Source: Limnochordia bacterium (GTDB taxonomy: Bacteria; Bacillota; Limnochordia; DTU080). From it: a stretch of 64,000 bases of DNA. The stretch covers positions 1 to 64,000 of the forward strand of contig JBMNJG010000011.1 in the NCBI GenBank assembly GCA_050951545.1. The letters run 5' to 3'. The notes beneath the pieces were generated by a model. That model searched no databases. It was not told the DNA's origin and saw only the letters and a list, made by a program, of their open reading frames with translations. Positions 51,922 through 61,962 of the stretch are shown here, piece after piece; position 1 is the first letter of the stretch; the number at the start of each line of letters is the position of its first letter. The translations under genes were made by a program, and so were the position numbers.

Positions 51922-53655
51922 ATGAAACGCAGCACGCCGATGCGCTTGCTAGGTCTTATGGCACCCTACCTGTGGGCGGTTGTACTGGGTGGAGCCATGG
52001 TAGCGTTCTCAGCGTTCATACAGCTTCTCCTACCCATTGCCCTAGGGAGAGGTCTCGTGCAAAGGGTACTGATTGAGAAGCAGGATGTGCAGTTTCTCAA
52101 CCTCTTGGCTGTCGGCACCATTGCCCTATATGCCGTCAAGGGGGTGTTTCAGTACGGACAGATCTACATCTTGGCTTACTCCGGACAGTGCTTAGTTCAC
52201 GATCTACGTAATGCCGTTTTTGAGCATCTGCAGCGGTTGTCGTTAAGCTTTTATGAACGCAGTCGTACGGGTGAGACCATCGCTTGTCTGACCAATGATC
52301 TCACAGTCTTACAGGAGGCAGTGACCTCCGGGTGGCGCGACTTCATCCACGATGTGCTCTTGCTTGTTGGTGTGATGGTTGCCGTTTTCTGGCTGCATTG
52401 GCGTCTGACCGTCGTGGCCCTGCTGGTCTTTCCCTTGGTGGGGTTTACGATCAACGTTTTTGGTGGCAAGATCCGATTCTTCTCGGGTCAAATGCAGGAG
52501 AAAGTGGCGGAGATTGCGTCCCAGCTACAAGAGACTTTAACTGGCGTGCGTGTGGTCAAGGCATTCACCATGGAAGAGGAAGAGAGAGCTCGCTTTGCAG
52601 GTAAGAACGAGCAGACCTTTGCAGCAGGCATGAAATCAGCGCAGATGATCGCCACTGTCTTTCCTATGGTGGAGCTATTCACGGTCTTGGGCATGGTCGG
52701 TGTCCTTTGGTATGGTGTACGCGAGGTGGTGGCTGGCAGTCTTCTCGAAGGCGACTTGATCGCCTTTGTCGGTTACCTGGGTATGACCGCTGCTCCCATC
52801 AACGGGATTACGCGAGCTCTCAACCAGTTTCAGCAAGGGTTTGCGGCTGCCGATCGTGTCTTCGCTCTTTTGGATGAGGAAGTCGAGGTCAAAGAGATCC
52901 GCCGTCCTCTCGAGCTGAAGCCCGCCAAAGGGCGCGTGGCCTTTGAGAACGTTACGTTCGCCTACTGCCCTGGCGTTGAAGTGCTGGAGGACATCAACCT
53001 GGTGGTCGAACCGGGGGAGGTGGTTGCCCTGGTTGGGCCCAGCGGAGCAGGCAAGAGTACACTTGTCAATCTGGTCCCCCGTTTCTTTGATCCTTCCAGC
53101 GGTCGGGTGACGATCGACGATATTGACATAGCTACTGTGTCTTTGCGCTCGTTGCGCTTTCAGATCGGTCTCGTACCTCAGGAAACCATTCTTTTTGGGG
53201 TGAGTGCTGCTGAGAATATCCGCTACGGCCGACCCGACGCCAGTATGGAGGAGATTGTCGAAGCTGCCCGTTTGGCCAATGCCGACGAGTTCATCTCTGC
53301 GTTGCCAGAAGGATATGATACGCTGGTTGGGGAGCGTGGAGCCTCTCTTTCTGGTGGTCAGAAGCAGCGAGTAGCTATTGCGAGAGCGGTGTTGCGAGAC
53401 CCTCGGATTCTGATTCTTGACGAAGCGACATCTAGTCTGGATGCTGAATCAGAGGCACAGGTACAGGAGGCGTTGGAGCGATTAATGCATAATCGCACAA
53501 CGTTTGTCATTGCCCACCGACTTTCCACGGTGATGCACGCGGATCGGATCATTGCGATGGAGGGCGGCCGGATCGTGCAGGAGGGTAGCCACACAGAGTT
53601 GATGGCTGTTGACGGGCTCTACAAGCGCCTCTACGAGGTGCAGTACTCGCTATGA
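51922..53655 (+). CDS. msbA: MsbA-like lipid A flippase (ABC exporter)
   Basis: TMD plus NBD (GPSGAGKST, LSGGQKQR, DEATSSLD, IAHRLST) inside the lpx cluster. Confidence 0.85.
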   Translation: MKRSTPMRLLGLMAPYLWAVVLGGAMVAFSAFIQLLLPIALGRGLVQRVLIEKQDVQFLNLLAVGTIALYAVKGVFQYGQIYILAYSGQCLVHDLRNAVFEHLQRLSLSFYERSRTGETIACLTNDLTVLQEAVTSGWRDFIHDVLLLVGVMVAVFWLHWRLTVVALLVFPLVGFTINVFGGKIRFFSGQMQEKVAEIASQLQETLTGVRVVKAFTMEEEERARFAGKNEQTFAAGMKSAQMIATVFPMVELFTVLGMVGVLWYGVREVVAGSLLEGDLIAFVGYLGMTAAPINGITRALNQFQQGFAAADRVFALLDEEVEVKEIRRPLELKPAKGRVAFENVTFAYCPGVEVLEDINLVVEPGEVVALVGPSGAGKSTLVNLVPRFFDPSSGRVTIDDIDIATVSLRSLRFQIGLVPQETILFGVSAAENIRYGRPDASMEEIVEAARLANADEFISALPEGYDTLVGERGASLSGGQKQRVAIARAVLRDPRILILDEATSSLDAESEAQVQEALERLMHNRTTFVIAHRLSTVMHADRIIAMEGGRIVQEGSHTELMAVDGLYKRLYEVQYSL

Positions 53656-53674
53656 AGCACAAGGGAGCCAGCAT

Positions 53675-54865
53675 ATGAGCACTCGTTTGCTTGTCATCAG
53701 CAATGGTCATGGTGAGGACACCATGGGTGTCTTGCTGGGATGCGCTCTGCGTGGGCGTGGTCTGGCGGTCTCGGCCTTTCCTCTTGTAGGTGAGGGCCGG
53801 GCCTATGTCTCTGCTGGTCTACCCGTGGTTGGCGTGCAGGCGGCCATGCCTTCAGGCGGTTTTGTATTGGAAGGGATACATGGCCTGTGGCAGGATGTAC
53901 GTGCAGGCCTGCTGAAGCTCACCTGGCGGCAGACACAGGCGATGCGTCAGCTTTCTAGCGAGTCAGATTGGGCCGTGGGGGTGGGTGATATCTACCCTCT
54001 CTTGATGAATGCTCTTTTCCTGCGCCGGCCCTTTTTGTTTGTGCCTACTGCGAAATCCGATTACATTCGGGGCCACTTTGGTTGGGAGGTCGCCCTGATG
54101 CGGGCCCATTGCCGGGCCGTTTTCCCTCGCGATTCTCGCACAGCGGCTGCTTTGGCCGCTCAAGGGGCGCCAGCGGAATATCTTGGTAATCTGATGATGG
54201 ATGCCCTACACATTACCGGGTACGACTTTGGGGTAGGTGATCGGCCTATCGTCGCCCTGCTACCAGGGAGCCGAGAACCTGAGGCCTATCGCAACACACG
54301 GCTCATGCTGAGCACCGTGCAATCTTTGTGCAACGATCCTGACATGGTCGGGGCGCGGGCGCCCGTCTTTCTGCTGGCACTAGCTGGGGGACTCTCAGAG
54401 ACGGAGCTGGCGGCTGTGGTTGGTCAAGGCGGCTGGCGGTGGCAGTCAGAGACGGCTGGCGGAGGGTCTCTCATATCTGGCGATGGCGGCTGTCGGGTGA
54501 ATGTCGTCCGAGGCCGATTTGGCGACGTGGTGGCCCAGGCTTGCGTGGTTCTGGGTATGTCGGGTACGGGCAACGAACAGGCGGCAGGTTTGGGCGTGCC
54601 AGTGGTGGCACCCATCGGGCCGGGACCTCAGTTCACCAGACGCTTCGCGCTCGATCAACAGCGGCTGTTGGGGGAGGCTGTATGGGTTGTTGAGCAGGGA
54701 GCGGAGGCGGCTGCTGCGGTACGTACCCTGTTGCTTGATGAGCAGAGACGTCGGCGTATGGGTCGCGTAGGCGAGGAGCGCATGGGCGTGCCCGGGGCTA
54801 CGCTGCGGATGGTGGAACGTATGCTGGCGGTAATGAGCTCTGAGACGGTAGGGGGAGAGGTGTGA
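53675..54865 (+). CDS. Lipid-A-disaccharide-synthase-related protein (TIGR03492-like)
   Basis: ISNGHGED, PLVGEG, PSGGF, TAKSDY, GNLMMD, LLPGSR, GTGNEQAAGLG and GPQFT motifs. Confidence 0.8.
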   Translation: MSTRLLVISNGHGEDTMGVLLGCALRGRGLAVSAFPLVGEGRAYVSAGLPVVGVQAAMPSGGFVLEGIHGLWQDVRAGLLKLTWRQTQAMRQLSSESDWAVGVGDIYPLLMNALFLRRPFLFVPTAKSDYIRGHFGWEVALMRAHCRAVFPRDSRTAAALAAQGAPAEYLGNLMMDALHITGYDFGVGDRPIVALLPGSREPEAYRNTRLMLSTVQSLCNDPDMVGARAPVFLLALAGGLSETELAAVVGQGGWRWQSETAGGGSLISGDGGCRVNVVRGRFGDVVAQACVVLGMSGTGNEQAAGLGVPVVAPIGPGPQFTRRFALDQQRLLGEAVWVVEQGAEAAAAVRTLLLDEQRRRRMGRVGEERMGVPGATLRMVERMLAVMSSETVGGEV

Positions 54866-55806
54866 GTCAGCATCAGGTGTTGCCAGTGATCAGCGTGGTG
54901 ATCCCCGTCTATAATCGGCGCGTGATTATGGCGAAGACACTAGGCTATCTGAGCCAGCAAACACTAGACCCGACGCGGTTTGAAGTGGTTGTGGTAGATG
55001 ATGCCTCTACGGATGGTACCGGAGAGATGATCAAGAGTCTCAAGCCTCCCTACCTCTTGCGTTACTTTTCTATGCCCGAGCGTGGCGGCCCTGCGGGGGC
55101 ACGCAACAAGGGGGTGCGTGAAGCACAGGGGAGTCTGATCGTTTTCATCGATAGTGACTTGGTGCCAGCTCCTGAGCTGCTCGAGGCGCACCTGGAGGCG
55201 CATCAGTCGGCAGACAACGTGATAGGGCACGGGCCAGTGATTCATACCACTGATTTGGACAACCCTACGGCCACGCGCATGAAGCTGACTGACATGTCGC
55301 GAGCTTTCTTTGCGACGGGCAATGTGTCAATTCGGCGTGAGCACTTGCTGAAGGCTGGGTTGTTTGATGAAGAGTTTCGGGAGTACGGCTGGGAAGACCT
55401 GGAGCTAGGCCGACGTCTACGGCGTTTGCAGCTGCAGGCGGTACCAGTTCCTGAGGCTAAGGGCTATCATTATAAGGCATCTCTGCAACTCTCTCAGCTG
55501 CCCGCGCTCATGGAGCGCGAGCGGCAGCGGGCTCGCACTGCTCTCATCTACTACCGCAAGCATCCGGAACGTGGCGTGCGCATGTCCATTGAGCTGAGCC
55601 CGGTTTTCTTCTGGCTAGATCGCTCGTTCAGCGCCGGGGGCTGGACTGAGCGAGAGTCTACACAGACGTTTCTCAGGCGTCTGGAAGCGCGCGGCTGTCA
55701 CTTGCCTCTGCGAGTTCTGGTACGACTGATCACCCATCATGCTTACATGGATGAGCTGCGGAAGGCTCTTCCACCCGAAGATCCAGCTCGGCGCTGGGTA
55801 CGTTAG
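54862..55806 (+). CDS. Glycosyltransferase family 2
   Basis: SVVIPVYNR, VVDDASTD, FIDSD (DxD) and YGWEDLELG motifs. Confidence 0.92.
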   Translation: MSQHQVLPVISVVIPVYNRRVIMAKTLGYLSQQTLDPTRFEVVVVDDASTDGTGEMIKSLKPPYLLRYFSMPERGGPAGARNKGVREAQGSLIVFIDSDLVPAPELLEAHLEAHQSADNVIGHGPVIHTTDLDNPTATRMKLTDMSRAFFATGNVSIRREHLLKAGLFDEEFREYGWEDLELGRRLRRLQLQAVPVPEAKGYHYKASLQLSQLPALMERERQRARTALIYYRKHPERGVRMSIELSPVFFWLDRSFSAGGWTERESTQTFLRRLEARGCHLPLRVLVRLITHHAYMDELRKALPPEDPARRWVR

Positions 55807-55824
55807 GCGAATCGAAAAAGGAAG

Positions 55825-56760
55825 GTGACCCTGTTGCAGTCATCACGAGTTCTGGTGACCGGAGGCGCTGGTTTCATAGGTTCTCACATCGTGGATGCGG
55901 CTCTGGTCGCGGGCCATGAGGTAGCGGTAATCGACAACCTGTCGACTGGGTATGAGAGGAACCTCAACGGTCAGGCTCGGTTCTTTCGAGCGGATATTAC
56001 CGATCGAGCCAGAGTCGGGCAGGTTTTCTCTAGCTTCCGTCCTGAGTACGTCATTCACCATGCCGCGCAGATTGATGTCCGCCGCTCTGTGTCCGATCCT
56101 GCCCATGATGCCCGCGTAAACATTGAGGGTTCTATCAATATCCTCGAGGCGTGTCACACACACGGTGTGCGTAAAGTGGTGTATGCCTCTTCAGCTGCTC
56201 TTTATGGTGATCCTCGTTATCTGCCTGTCGACGAGGAGCACCCTGTAGCCCCATTAGCGCCCTATGGAGCTTCGAAACATACGGTGGAGCATTACCTGGA
56301 GATCTTCAACAGCTTGTATGATTTGTCGTACACAGCACTGCGTTACTCGAATGTCTACGGACCGCGCCAGGATCCAAAAGGTGAAGGTGGCGTAGTGGCT
56401 ATCTTTACCGACCGCCTCCTGAAGGGGGAAGGGGTGCGCATCTATGGCGATGGTGAGCAGACTCGAGATTTCGTGTTTGTGCATGACATTGCCCGGGCGA
56501 ACTTGCTGGCTTTGGCATCATCGTACTGCGGTATCATCAATATTAGTGGGGGAAGCGAGATCAGTGTCAACGCGCTTTTCGAGACCATGGTGCGCGTCCA
56601 TGGCCAGTCAGTCTCCTGTACGCATGCCCCTGAGCGCGCGGGCGAGATTCGACGCAGTATTCTCGCCAATAACCGAGCGAAAGAGGCTATTGGATGGGGA
56701 CCCGCCGTGGATCTCGAGGATGGTCTGCGGGAGACCTTGACCTACCAGGCGCGTGGCTAG
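55825..56760 (+). CDS. NAD-dependent nucleotide-sugar epimerase/dehydratase
   Basis: TGGAGFIGSH, YGASK (YxxxK), NVYGPRQ and GDGEQTRDF motifs. Confidence 0.93.
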   Translation: MTLLQSSRVLVTGGAGFIGSHIVDAALVAGHEVAVIDNLSTGYERNLNGQARFFRADITDRARVGQVFSSFRPEYVIHHAAQIDVRRSVSDPAHDARVNIEGSINILEACHTHGVRKVVYASSAALYGDPRYLPVDEEHPVAPLAPYGASKHTVEHYLEIFNSLYDLSYTALRYSNVYGPRQDPKGEGGVVAIFTDRLLKGEGVRIYGDGEQTRDFVFVHDIARANLLALASSYCGIINISGGSEISVNALFETMVRVHGQSVSCTHAPERAGEIRRSILANNRAKEAIGWGPAVDLEDGLRETLTYQARG

Positions 56761-56857
56761 TCTGTTTCTGCCAGCTGTGCCAGGAAGTGAATAGAGGTTG
56801 CGGTACTGGAGGGCGAGAAAAGTAGATGATGGGACAGCAGTAGAAGAGGACTCCAAC

Positions 56858-57577
56858 ATGAAAATCGTAGCTGAGGGCTTGGTCAAATCGTACCACGGGC
56901 GCCGCGTGGTAGACGAGGTAACCCTGTTCGTGGAACGAGGCGAAGTGGTGGGGCTGCTGGGGCCCAACGGTGCTGGCAAGACCACCACATTCTACATGAT
57001 CGTCGGCTTGGAGCGTCCTGCAGCCGGCAGAATTCTCCTTGATGGAGAGGAGATCACTCGGGTAGCCATGTACAAGAGGGCTCGTATGGGCATTGGCTAT
57101 CTGGCGCAGGAGTCGTCGGTATTTCGCAAGCTGACCGTCGAAGAGAACATCCTTGCTATTCTGGAGGTGCGTGGGCTATCTCGTGAGATGCAGCGGCAGC
57201 GCTGCGACGAGTTGGTGGAGGAGTTTGGCCTGGGTGAGGTGCGCCATCACAGGGGCTTCATGCTCTCCGGAGGTGAGCGGCGGCGAACCGAAATCGCTCG
57301 AGCGTTGGCCGCTGAACCATCCTTCATCTTGCTGGACGAGCCGTTTGCTGGGGTTGATCCCATAGCCGTGGCAGACATCCAACAGATTGTGGCCCTGCTC
57401 AAAGAGAAAAGCCTCGGTGTTCTCATCACCGATCACAATGTCCGTGAGACTCTTGCTATAGTCGATCGGGCCTATATCATGCACCAGGGAAAGATCTTGG
57501 TGGAGGGATCTAGCGAGGCGATTGCTAACGATCCTGTGGCCCGCAAGTTTTACTTGGGCGAGAGGTTTGCGCTATGA
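56858..57577 (+). CDS. lptB: LPS export ABC ATPase
   Basis: [33 protein letters not shown] and ITDHNVRET motifs. Confidence 0.97.
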   Translation: MKIVAEGLVKSYHGRRVVDEVTLFVERGEVVGLLGPNGAGKTTTFYMIVGLERPAAGRILLDGEEITRVAMYKRARMGIGYLAQESSVFRKLTVEENILAILEVRGLSREMQRQRCDELVEEFGLGEVRHHRGFMLSGGERRRTEIARALAAEPSFILLDEPFAGVDPIAVADIQQIVALLKEKSLGVLITDHNVRETLAIVDRAYIMHQGKILVEGSSEAIANDPVARKFYLGERFAL

Positions 57578-58659
57578 GGATTCTTTCGCGACATCTGGTT
57601 CACGAGATGACTATGCCCATGCTCTTTGGCGTGTGCGCCTTCACGAGCCTGTTCGTCAGTGGTGACCTCCTCAACCTGGCGAATCTTGTGGTCGAGACGG
57701 GGGCCCCCATAGCAGCTGCGCTTAAGGTTTTTCTACTGAAGCTGCCTCAGATAGTGGTCTGGACCTTCCCTATGTCCGTTTTGTTGGCCGCCCTACTGTC
57801 TCTCTCACGGCTCTCCGCCAACAGTGAGATTGTGGCGATGCAAGCTGGTGGAGTCAGTTTCGTACGCATGATAGCGCCCTTGCTGGCAGTGGCTCTGCTC
57901 GTCAGTGTAGCGACATTTGCTATCCAGGAGGCAGTGGTACCAGCGGCCAATACCAAGGCGCACCGAGTGATGGTTCAGGAGATACATGGGGGGCAGCTAC
58001 CCACAGTGACCAGACACGTCGTCGTGAAACGTTTCCAGGGCGGTGATCTTGACTGGCTTTTGTACGCAAGAAACCTGGATGGCAAAACGCAGGTGCTCTC
58101 TGACGTTACTATTATGCGAATGCAACAAGGCAAGCCACAGCAGGCAACGTATGCCGGGCGTGTGGTTTGGGAGAAAGACACCTGGTATATGGAGGAAGGC
58201 CGTACCTGCATCTTTGGTGAAGAGTCGGCCTACACCATGGAGTTTGGCTCTGGCAGGCAGCCCATAGTCTTGGGACACACTCCTCAGGAGCTAGCGGCAG
58301 TGCAAAAAGACCCTGAGCAGATGAGTCTGGCAGAGTTGCGCGAGCATATAGGCATCTTGCGCTCACAGGGTGCGGAGGTCGATGGCCTGGAGGTCAAGAT
58401 GCATCTGAAGTACGCGATACCTCTGGCCAGTCTGGTCTTTGCTTTGGTTGGAGTGCCCCTTGGCATTCAGCCGCATCGCTCGGGAACGTCTATTGGTTTT
58501 GGCTTGAGCATTATCGTTATCTTCATCTACTACACACTGATGACCCTAGGCTCTGCTTTGGGACAGGGTGGATACCTTGTACCTTGGTTAGCCGCTTGGA
58601 TACAGAACATTGTGCTCGGCGTTTTTGGTATCGTGCTCATGATACGTCAGAGACGATAG
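57574..58659 (+). CDS. LptF/LptG family LPS export permease
   Basis: [22 protein letters not shown] and LAAWIQN motifs; coupled to lptB. Confidence 0.92.
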   Translation: MRILSRHLVHEMTMPMLFGVCAFTSLFVSGDLLNLANLVVETGAPIAAALKVFLLKLPQIVVWTFPMSVLLAALLSLSRLSANSEIVAMQAGGVSFVRMIAPLLAVALLVSVATFAIQEAVVPAANTKAHRVMVQEIHGGQLPTVTRHVVVKRFQGGDLDWLLYARNLDGKTQVLSDVTIMRMQQGKPQQATYAGRVVWEKDTWYMEEGRTCIFGEESAYTMEFGSGRQPIVLGHTPQELAAVQKDPEQMSLAELREHIGILRSQGAEVDGLEVKMHLKYAIPLASLVFALVGVPLGIQPHRSGTSIGFGLSIIVIFIYYTLMTLGSALGQGGYLVPWLAAWIQNIVLGVFGIVLMIRQRR

Positions 58660-58724
58660 GATCGCACGGACGGAGCATCTTCGCACCGGAGGCGGGCTAC
58701 ACAGCCACGAGAGGTGCGACCCTC

Positions 58725-59945
58725 ATGTCCGGTCTGCAGCTAGTTCTCGGCCTGATCACGGCCGGGGCCATCATTGCCTATATTGGCGACCGCATCGGCA
58801 TGAAGGTGGGACGAAAGCGTCTCACCCTCTTTGGCCTGCGACCCAAATACACCTCCATCGTTATCACCCTGATCACGGGTGCTCTTATCTCAGGCGCTTC
58901 GATTGGCCTGCTTACCTTCGTGTCGCGAGACATTCGGACGGCGCTGTTTCGGATGAAGGAGATACAGACGGAGTTGGCGCAGAACCGAAGGAGTCTGCGG
59001 GACAGTCTAGAGAGTCTCAAAGACTTGGAGGCCACCGTAGCAAGCCAACGGGCGGAGTTAGGCGCTATAGAAAAGAGCCGGGACAGCGCCCTGCGGGAGA
59101 AGGATCTCGCGCAAGCTCAGCGTGATCAGCTCAAAAGCGAGCATGACAAGATGGCGGCCAACCTGGGCGAGCTTCAGGATGAGGTGGAAAGCTGGAAGAG
59201 GCAGGTGGCGGAGCTACAGGAGCTCGCGAGCACATTGGAGGACAGCGTGACGCGCATGCGAAGTACTGAGCAGCAGCTGCGACGAGACGTGATCGCTTTG
59301 ACGGACCAGTTTCTGGCGTTGGAGAATCAGATGCGTGCGGGCAATTTCATCTTTGCCAAAGAGGAGATAATTGCTGCTGCAGTGATCGAGGCCAAGCGCT
59401 CACTACCACAGGTAGAGAAGGATCTCTTGACCCTACTGGAGACCGCCGATCAAGTAGCGTTAGGTCGGGGGGCGAGGATTAGCGGCAAAGAGCGGGCCGT
59501 AGTTTTGGCCCGCGACGAGTATTTTTTTGAGGCGGCGAACGTTCTCGCTGGTACCAAGGAGCGTTGGGTGGTACGCGTTGTCGCCTCCCGTAACACAGTG
59601 AAAGGGGAGCCTGTGCAGGTCTACTTCCACCTGTTCCCCAATGAGCTCATTTATCGCCGGGGCGACGTGATCGCTACAAAGGTGGTAAAAAGGGGGGGAG
59701 CGGATAATGAACAGGCACTTCTTTCCCTTTTGCAGGAAGTGAACCGGATTGTGATCAACAAGGGTATGATCACTGGTGACCGTGGCGATGTGGGCAGTGT
59801 GGCGGGTGAGCAGTTTGTTGAGGCCATTGTACGTTTGCGTCGTCTGGGGGGGCAAGCCCAAGTCTCAGCTGTGGCTGCTGATGATGTCTATCTGACAGAA
59901 GGTCCGTTACGGTTGGAGTTACGGGTGGAGACCAGCAAAGGCTGA
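58725..59945 (+). CDS. DUF3084 domain protein
   Basis: IAYIGDRIGMKVGRKRLTLFGLRPKYTS followed by a long coiled-coil. Confidence 0.9.
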   Translation: MSGLQLVLGLITAGAIIAYIGDRIGMKVGRKRLTLFGLRPKYTSIVITLITGALISGASIGLLTFVSRDIRTALFRMKEIQTELAQNRRSLRDSLESLKDLEATVASQRAELGAIEKSRDSALREKDLAQAQRDQLKSEHDKMAANLGELQDEVESWKRQVAELQELASTLEDSVTRMRSTEQQLRRDVIALTDQFLALENQMRAGNFIFAKEEIIAAAVIEAKRSLPQVEKDLLTLLETADQVALGRGARISGKERAVVLARDEYFFEAANVLAGTKERWVVRVVASRNTVKGEPVQVYFHLFPNELIYRRGDVIATKVVKRGGADNEQALLSLLQEVNRIVINKGMITGDRGDVGSVAGEQFVEAIVRLRRLGGQAQVSAVAADDVYLTEGPLRLELRVETSKG

Positions 59946-59969
59946 AGTAGTACGCAGAGGAGGGGAGTC

Positions 59970-61520
59970 TTGTTTGATATCCTGTTACGTGGGGCTCGCC
60001 TGGTAGATGGCACTGGAAATCCTTGGCGTTGGGCGGATGTTGGCGTTGTGGACGGTAAGATCGCGGCGGTAGGTCGCCTTTCATCGCTTGGAGGACAGCG
60101 CGTGATAGAGGTCGATGGCCGAGTACTGGCGCCTGGCTTCATTGACGCGCATGTGCACCTAGATACGGCCTTGTTAGTGGAACCAGATGCCTCGCCCCTG
60201 TTGGCCCAAGGAGTCACCACAGCCATTTTAGGGCAGGACGGTCTTGGTTTTGCTCCGGCCAGTCAGGCCACCCTGAGGTATATGGAGGAGTATGTGGAAG
60301 CTTTCAACCCGCCTTTCAGTTTTCAGGAAGACGCTGAAGGGCTTAGCGTGGCCCGGTATCTGACGCATTTTGACAAGCGGGTGGCCGTCAATGTAGGTTA
60401 TCTGCTACCTCACGGGACGATTCGCTACAACGTGTTGGGTGCTGCAGATCGGCTACCCGATGACAGTGAGTTGGCCACAATGGTGCGGCAGATAGGCGAG
60501 GGGATGGAGCAGGGAGCGTTGGGTCTTTCAACGGGCTTGGAGTACATACCAGCTGTCTTCTCTGATACCGCGGAGATCACTGCTCTATGCAGGGAGGTGG
60601 CCCGTTACGATGGACTCTATGTCACGCATATGCGCAACTATAAGAAATGCAGCAAGGAGGCCGTGGCAGAGGTGTGTGCGATAGCGCAAGGGGCCGATGT
60701 AGCTGCACATATCTCGCACTTTAACCTGCCTGCCAGAATCGGTCTACCCTTGATCGATGCCGCTCGGGGCAACGGCGTGGATGTCACCATCGAGAACTAC
60801 CCCTATCTCGCTGGGTGTACAGTGCTCTCGTATTTCCTACCCGGTTGGGTGTCGGAGGGCAGCCCGCGGGAGACCATGGCTCGACTGGCTGACGCCGAGG
60901 TGCGCCGACGACTGGAGCCAGCTCTAGCGGCAGTGGATTGGTCAGAGGTACTCTTCTCATACGTCCCCGGAGAGACGAACCGCGGATTGGAGGGCCAGCG
61001 GGTGGCAGAGGCTGCCGTGCAAGCTGGCAAGAGTGTGACGGATTTCGTGTGTGATCTGCTCGTAGCGACTGACCTGTGTGTGGGGATCATCCAGTTCCAT
61101 ACAGAGCGCAACGAGGACGACTTGCAGGCTACGATGCGCCATCCTGCTCAGTTGTTCGGTAGCGACGGCATTTACCGTGGACAGAGAGCTCATCCGCGAG
61201 GCTGGGGCGCTTTCGCTAGGGTGCTCGCACGTTATGTGCGAGAGAAGCAGGTGCTGATGCTATCTGACGCCATCCGCCGGATGAGCGCTCACCCCGCGAC
61301 GCGCTATGGACTGTGGGATAGGGGCTTGGTGAGAGAGGGCTATGCGGCTGATCTGGTCGTCTTCGATCCAGAGCGTATAGAGGATCGGGCCACCTTCCAG
61401 GATAGTCGACAACTGGCCGCAGGCATGGATCTGGTCTTGGTGAACGGCCGTGTTGTGTGGGATGAGGGGCGTCATACCGGAGAAATGGCTGGGCGGGCTT
61501 TGAAACGCAAGCCTCAGTAG
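59970..61520 (+). CDS. N-acyl-D-amino-acid deacylase (amidohydrolase)
   Basis: DGTGNP, PGFIDAHVH, GLSTGLEY, THMR, GSDG, HPRGWG and ADLVVFD motifs. Confidence 0.9.
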   Translation: MFDILLRGARLVDGTGNPWRWADVGVVDGKIAAVGRLSSLGGQRVIEVDGRVLAPGFIDAHVHLDTALLVEPDASPLLAQGVTTAILGQDGLGFAPASQATLRYMEEYVEAFNPPFSFQEDAEGLSVARYLTHFDKRVAVNVGYLLPHGTIRYNVLGAADRLPDDSELATMVRQIGEGMEQGALGLSTGLEYIPAVFSDTAEITALCREVARYDGLYVTHMRNYKKCSKEAVAEVCAIAQGADVAAHISHFNLPARIGLPLIDAARGNGVDVTIENYPYLAGCTVLSYFLPGWVSEGSPRETMARLADAEVRRRLEPALAAVDWSEVLFSYVPGETNRGLEGQRVAEAAVQAGKSVTDFVCDLLVATDLCVGIIQFHTERNEDDLQATMRHPAQLFGSDGIYRGQRAHPRGWGAFARVLARYVREKQVLMLSDAIRRMSAHPATRYGLWDRGLVREGYAADLVVFDPERIEDRATFQDSRQLAAGMDLVLVNGRVVWDEGRHTGEMAGRALKRKPQ

Positions 61521-61673
61521 AGACGCCGGCTACTCGAGGGCTGGGTGCCGATTCCCGCTTTGTCAGAATCTGTGCCCAGCCTCTGAGCAGGACAACAGGA
61601 GGTAGGAGCGAAATATTGAATCGTGACTAACAGGTGTTAGTCATGCACTTGGTTTGACGAGGGAAGGAGGTGT

Positions 61674-61958
61674 GGGTAGCAAGGACAGGAGTCATCTCGC
61701 GATCGATGTTAGGCAGACGGCATGTCTTCACACCAGCTGACACAGCAAAAGCCAACAGACACATCGACTCCTGAAAGGGCATACACCAGACACAGTAAAC
61801 CTTGTGCGTCTTGAGGACCAGCCGCGACGTGAGGAAACATGGACACTCACGAATGGGTGTGGGCTCTGCGCACAGATCAGAGCGCCGCCGCGGTGCTTTG
61901 AAGTCCCTCTCTATGGATCACAGATGTTGCCGCACGGTGTATGCCTTCCTTGCTTCCC
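61674..61958 (+). ncRNA. Unassigned ~285-nt multibranched structured RNA in the leader of an outer-membrane protein gene
   Basis: Nested helices: GGGTAGCAAGGA/TCCTTGCTTCCC; CAGGAGTC..GATGT/ACATCGACTCCTG; GGCATACACC/GGTGTATGCC; GAGGAC/GTCCCTC; ACACTC/GGGTGT; GCTCTG/CAGAGC. Confidence 0.65.
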
Positions 61959-61962
61959 GGCG

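Noticed and set aside
61674-61958. Assignment of the leader RNA to SRP, 6S, tmRNA, T-box, cobalamin/lysine/glycine riboswitch, group I/II intron, or MITE
   Set aside because: None of the diagnostic consensus motifs was visible by eye on either strand. There is no target-site duplication and no second copy in the window. A covariance-model search is still needed.
61804-61962. N-terminal 53 codons of the 297-aa ORF
   Set aside because: No SD, atypical Cys/Pro-rich composition, overlaps structured RNA, and it would bury the signal peptide.
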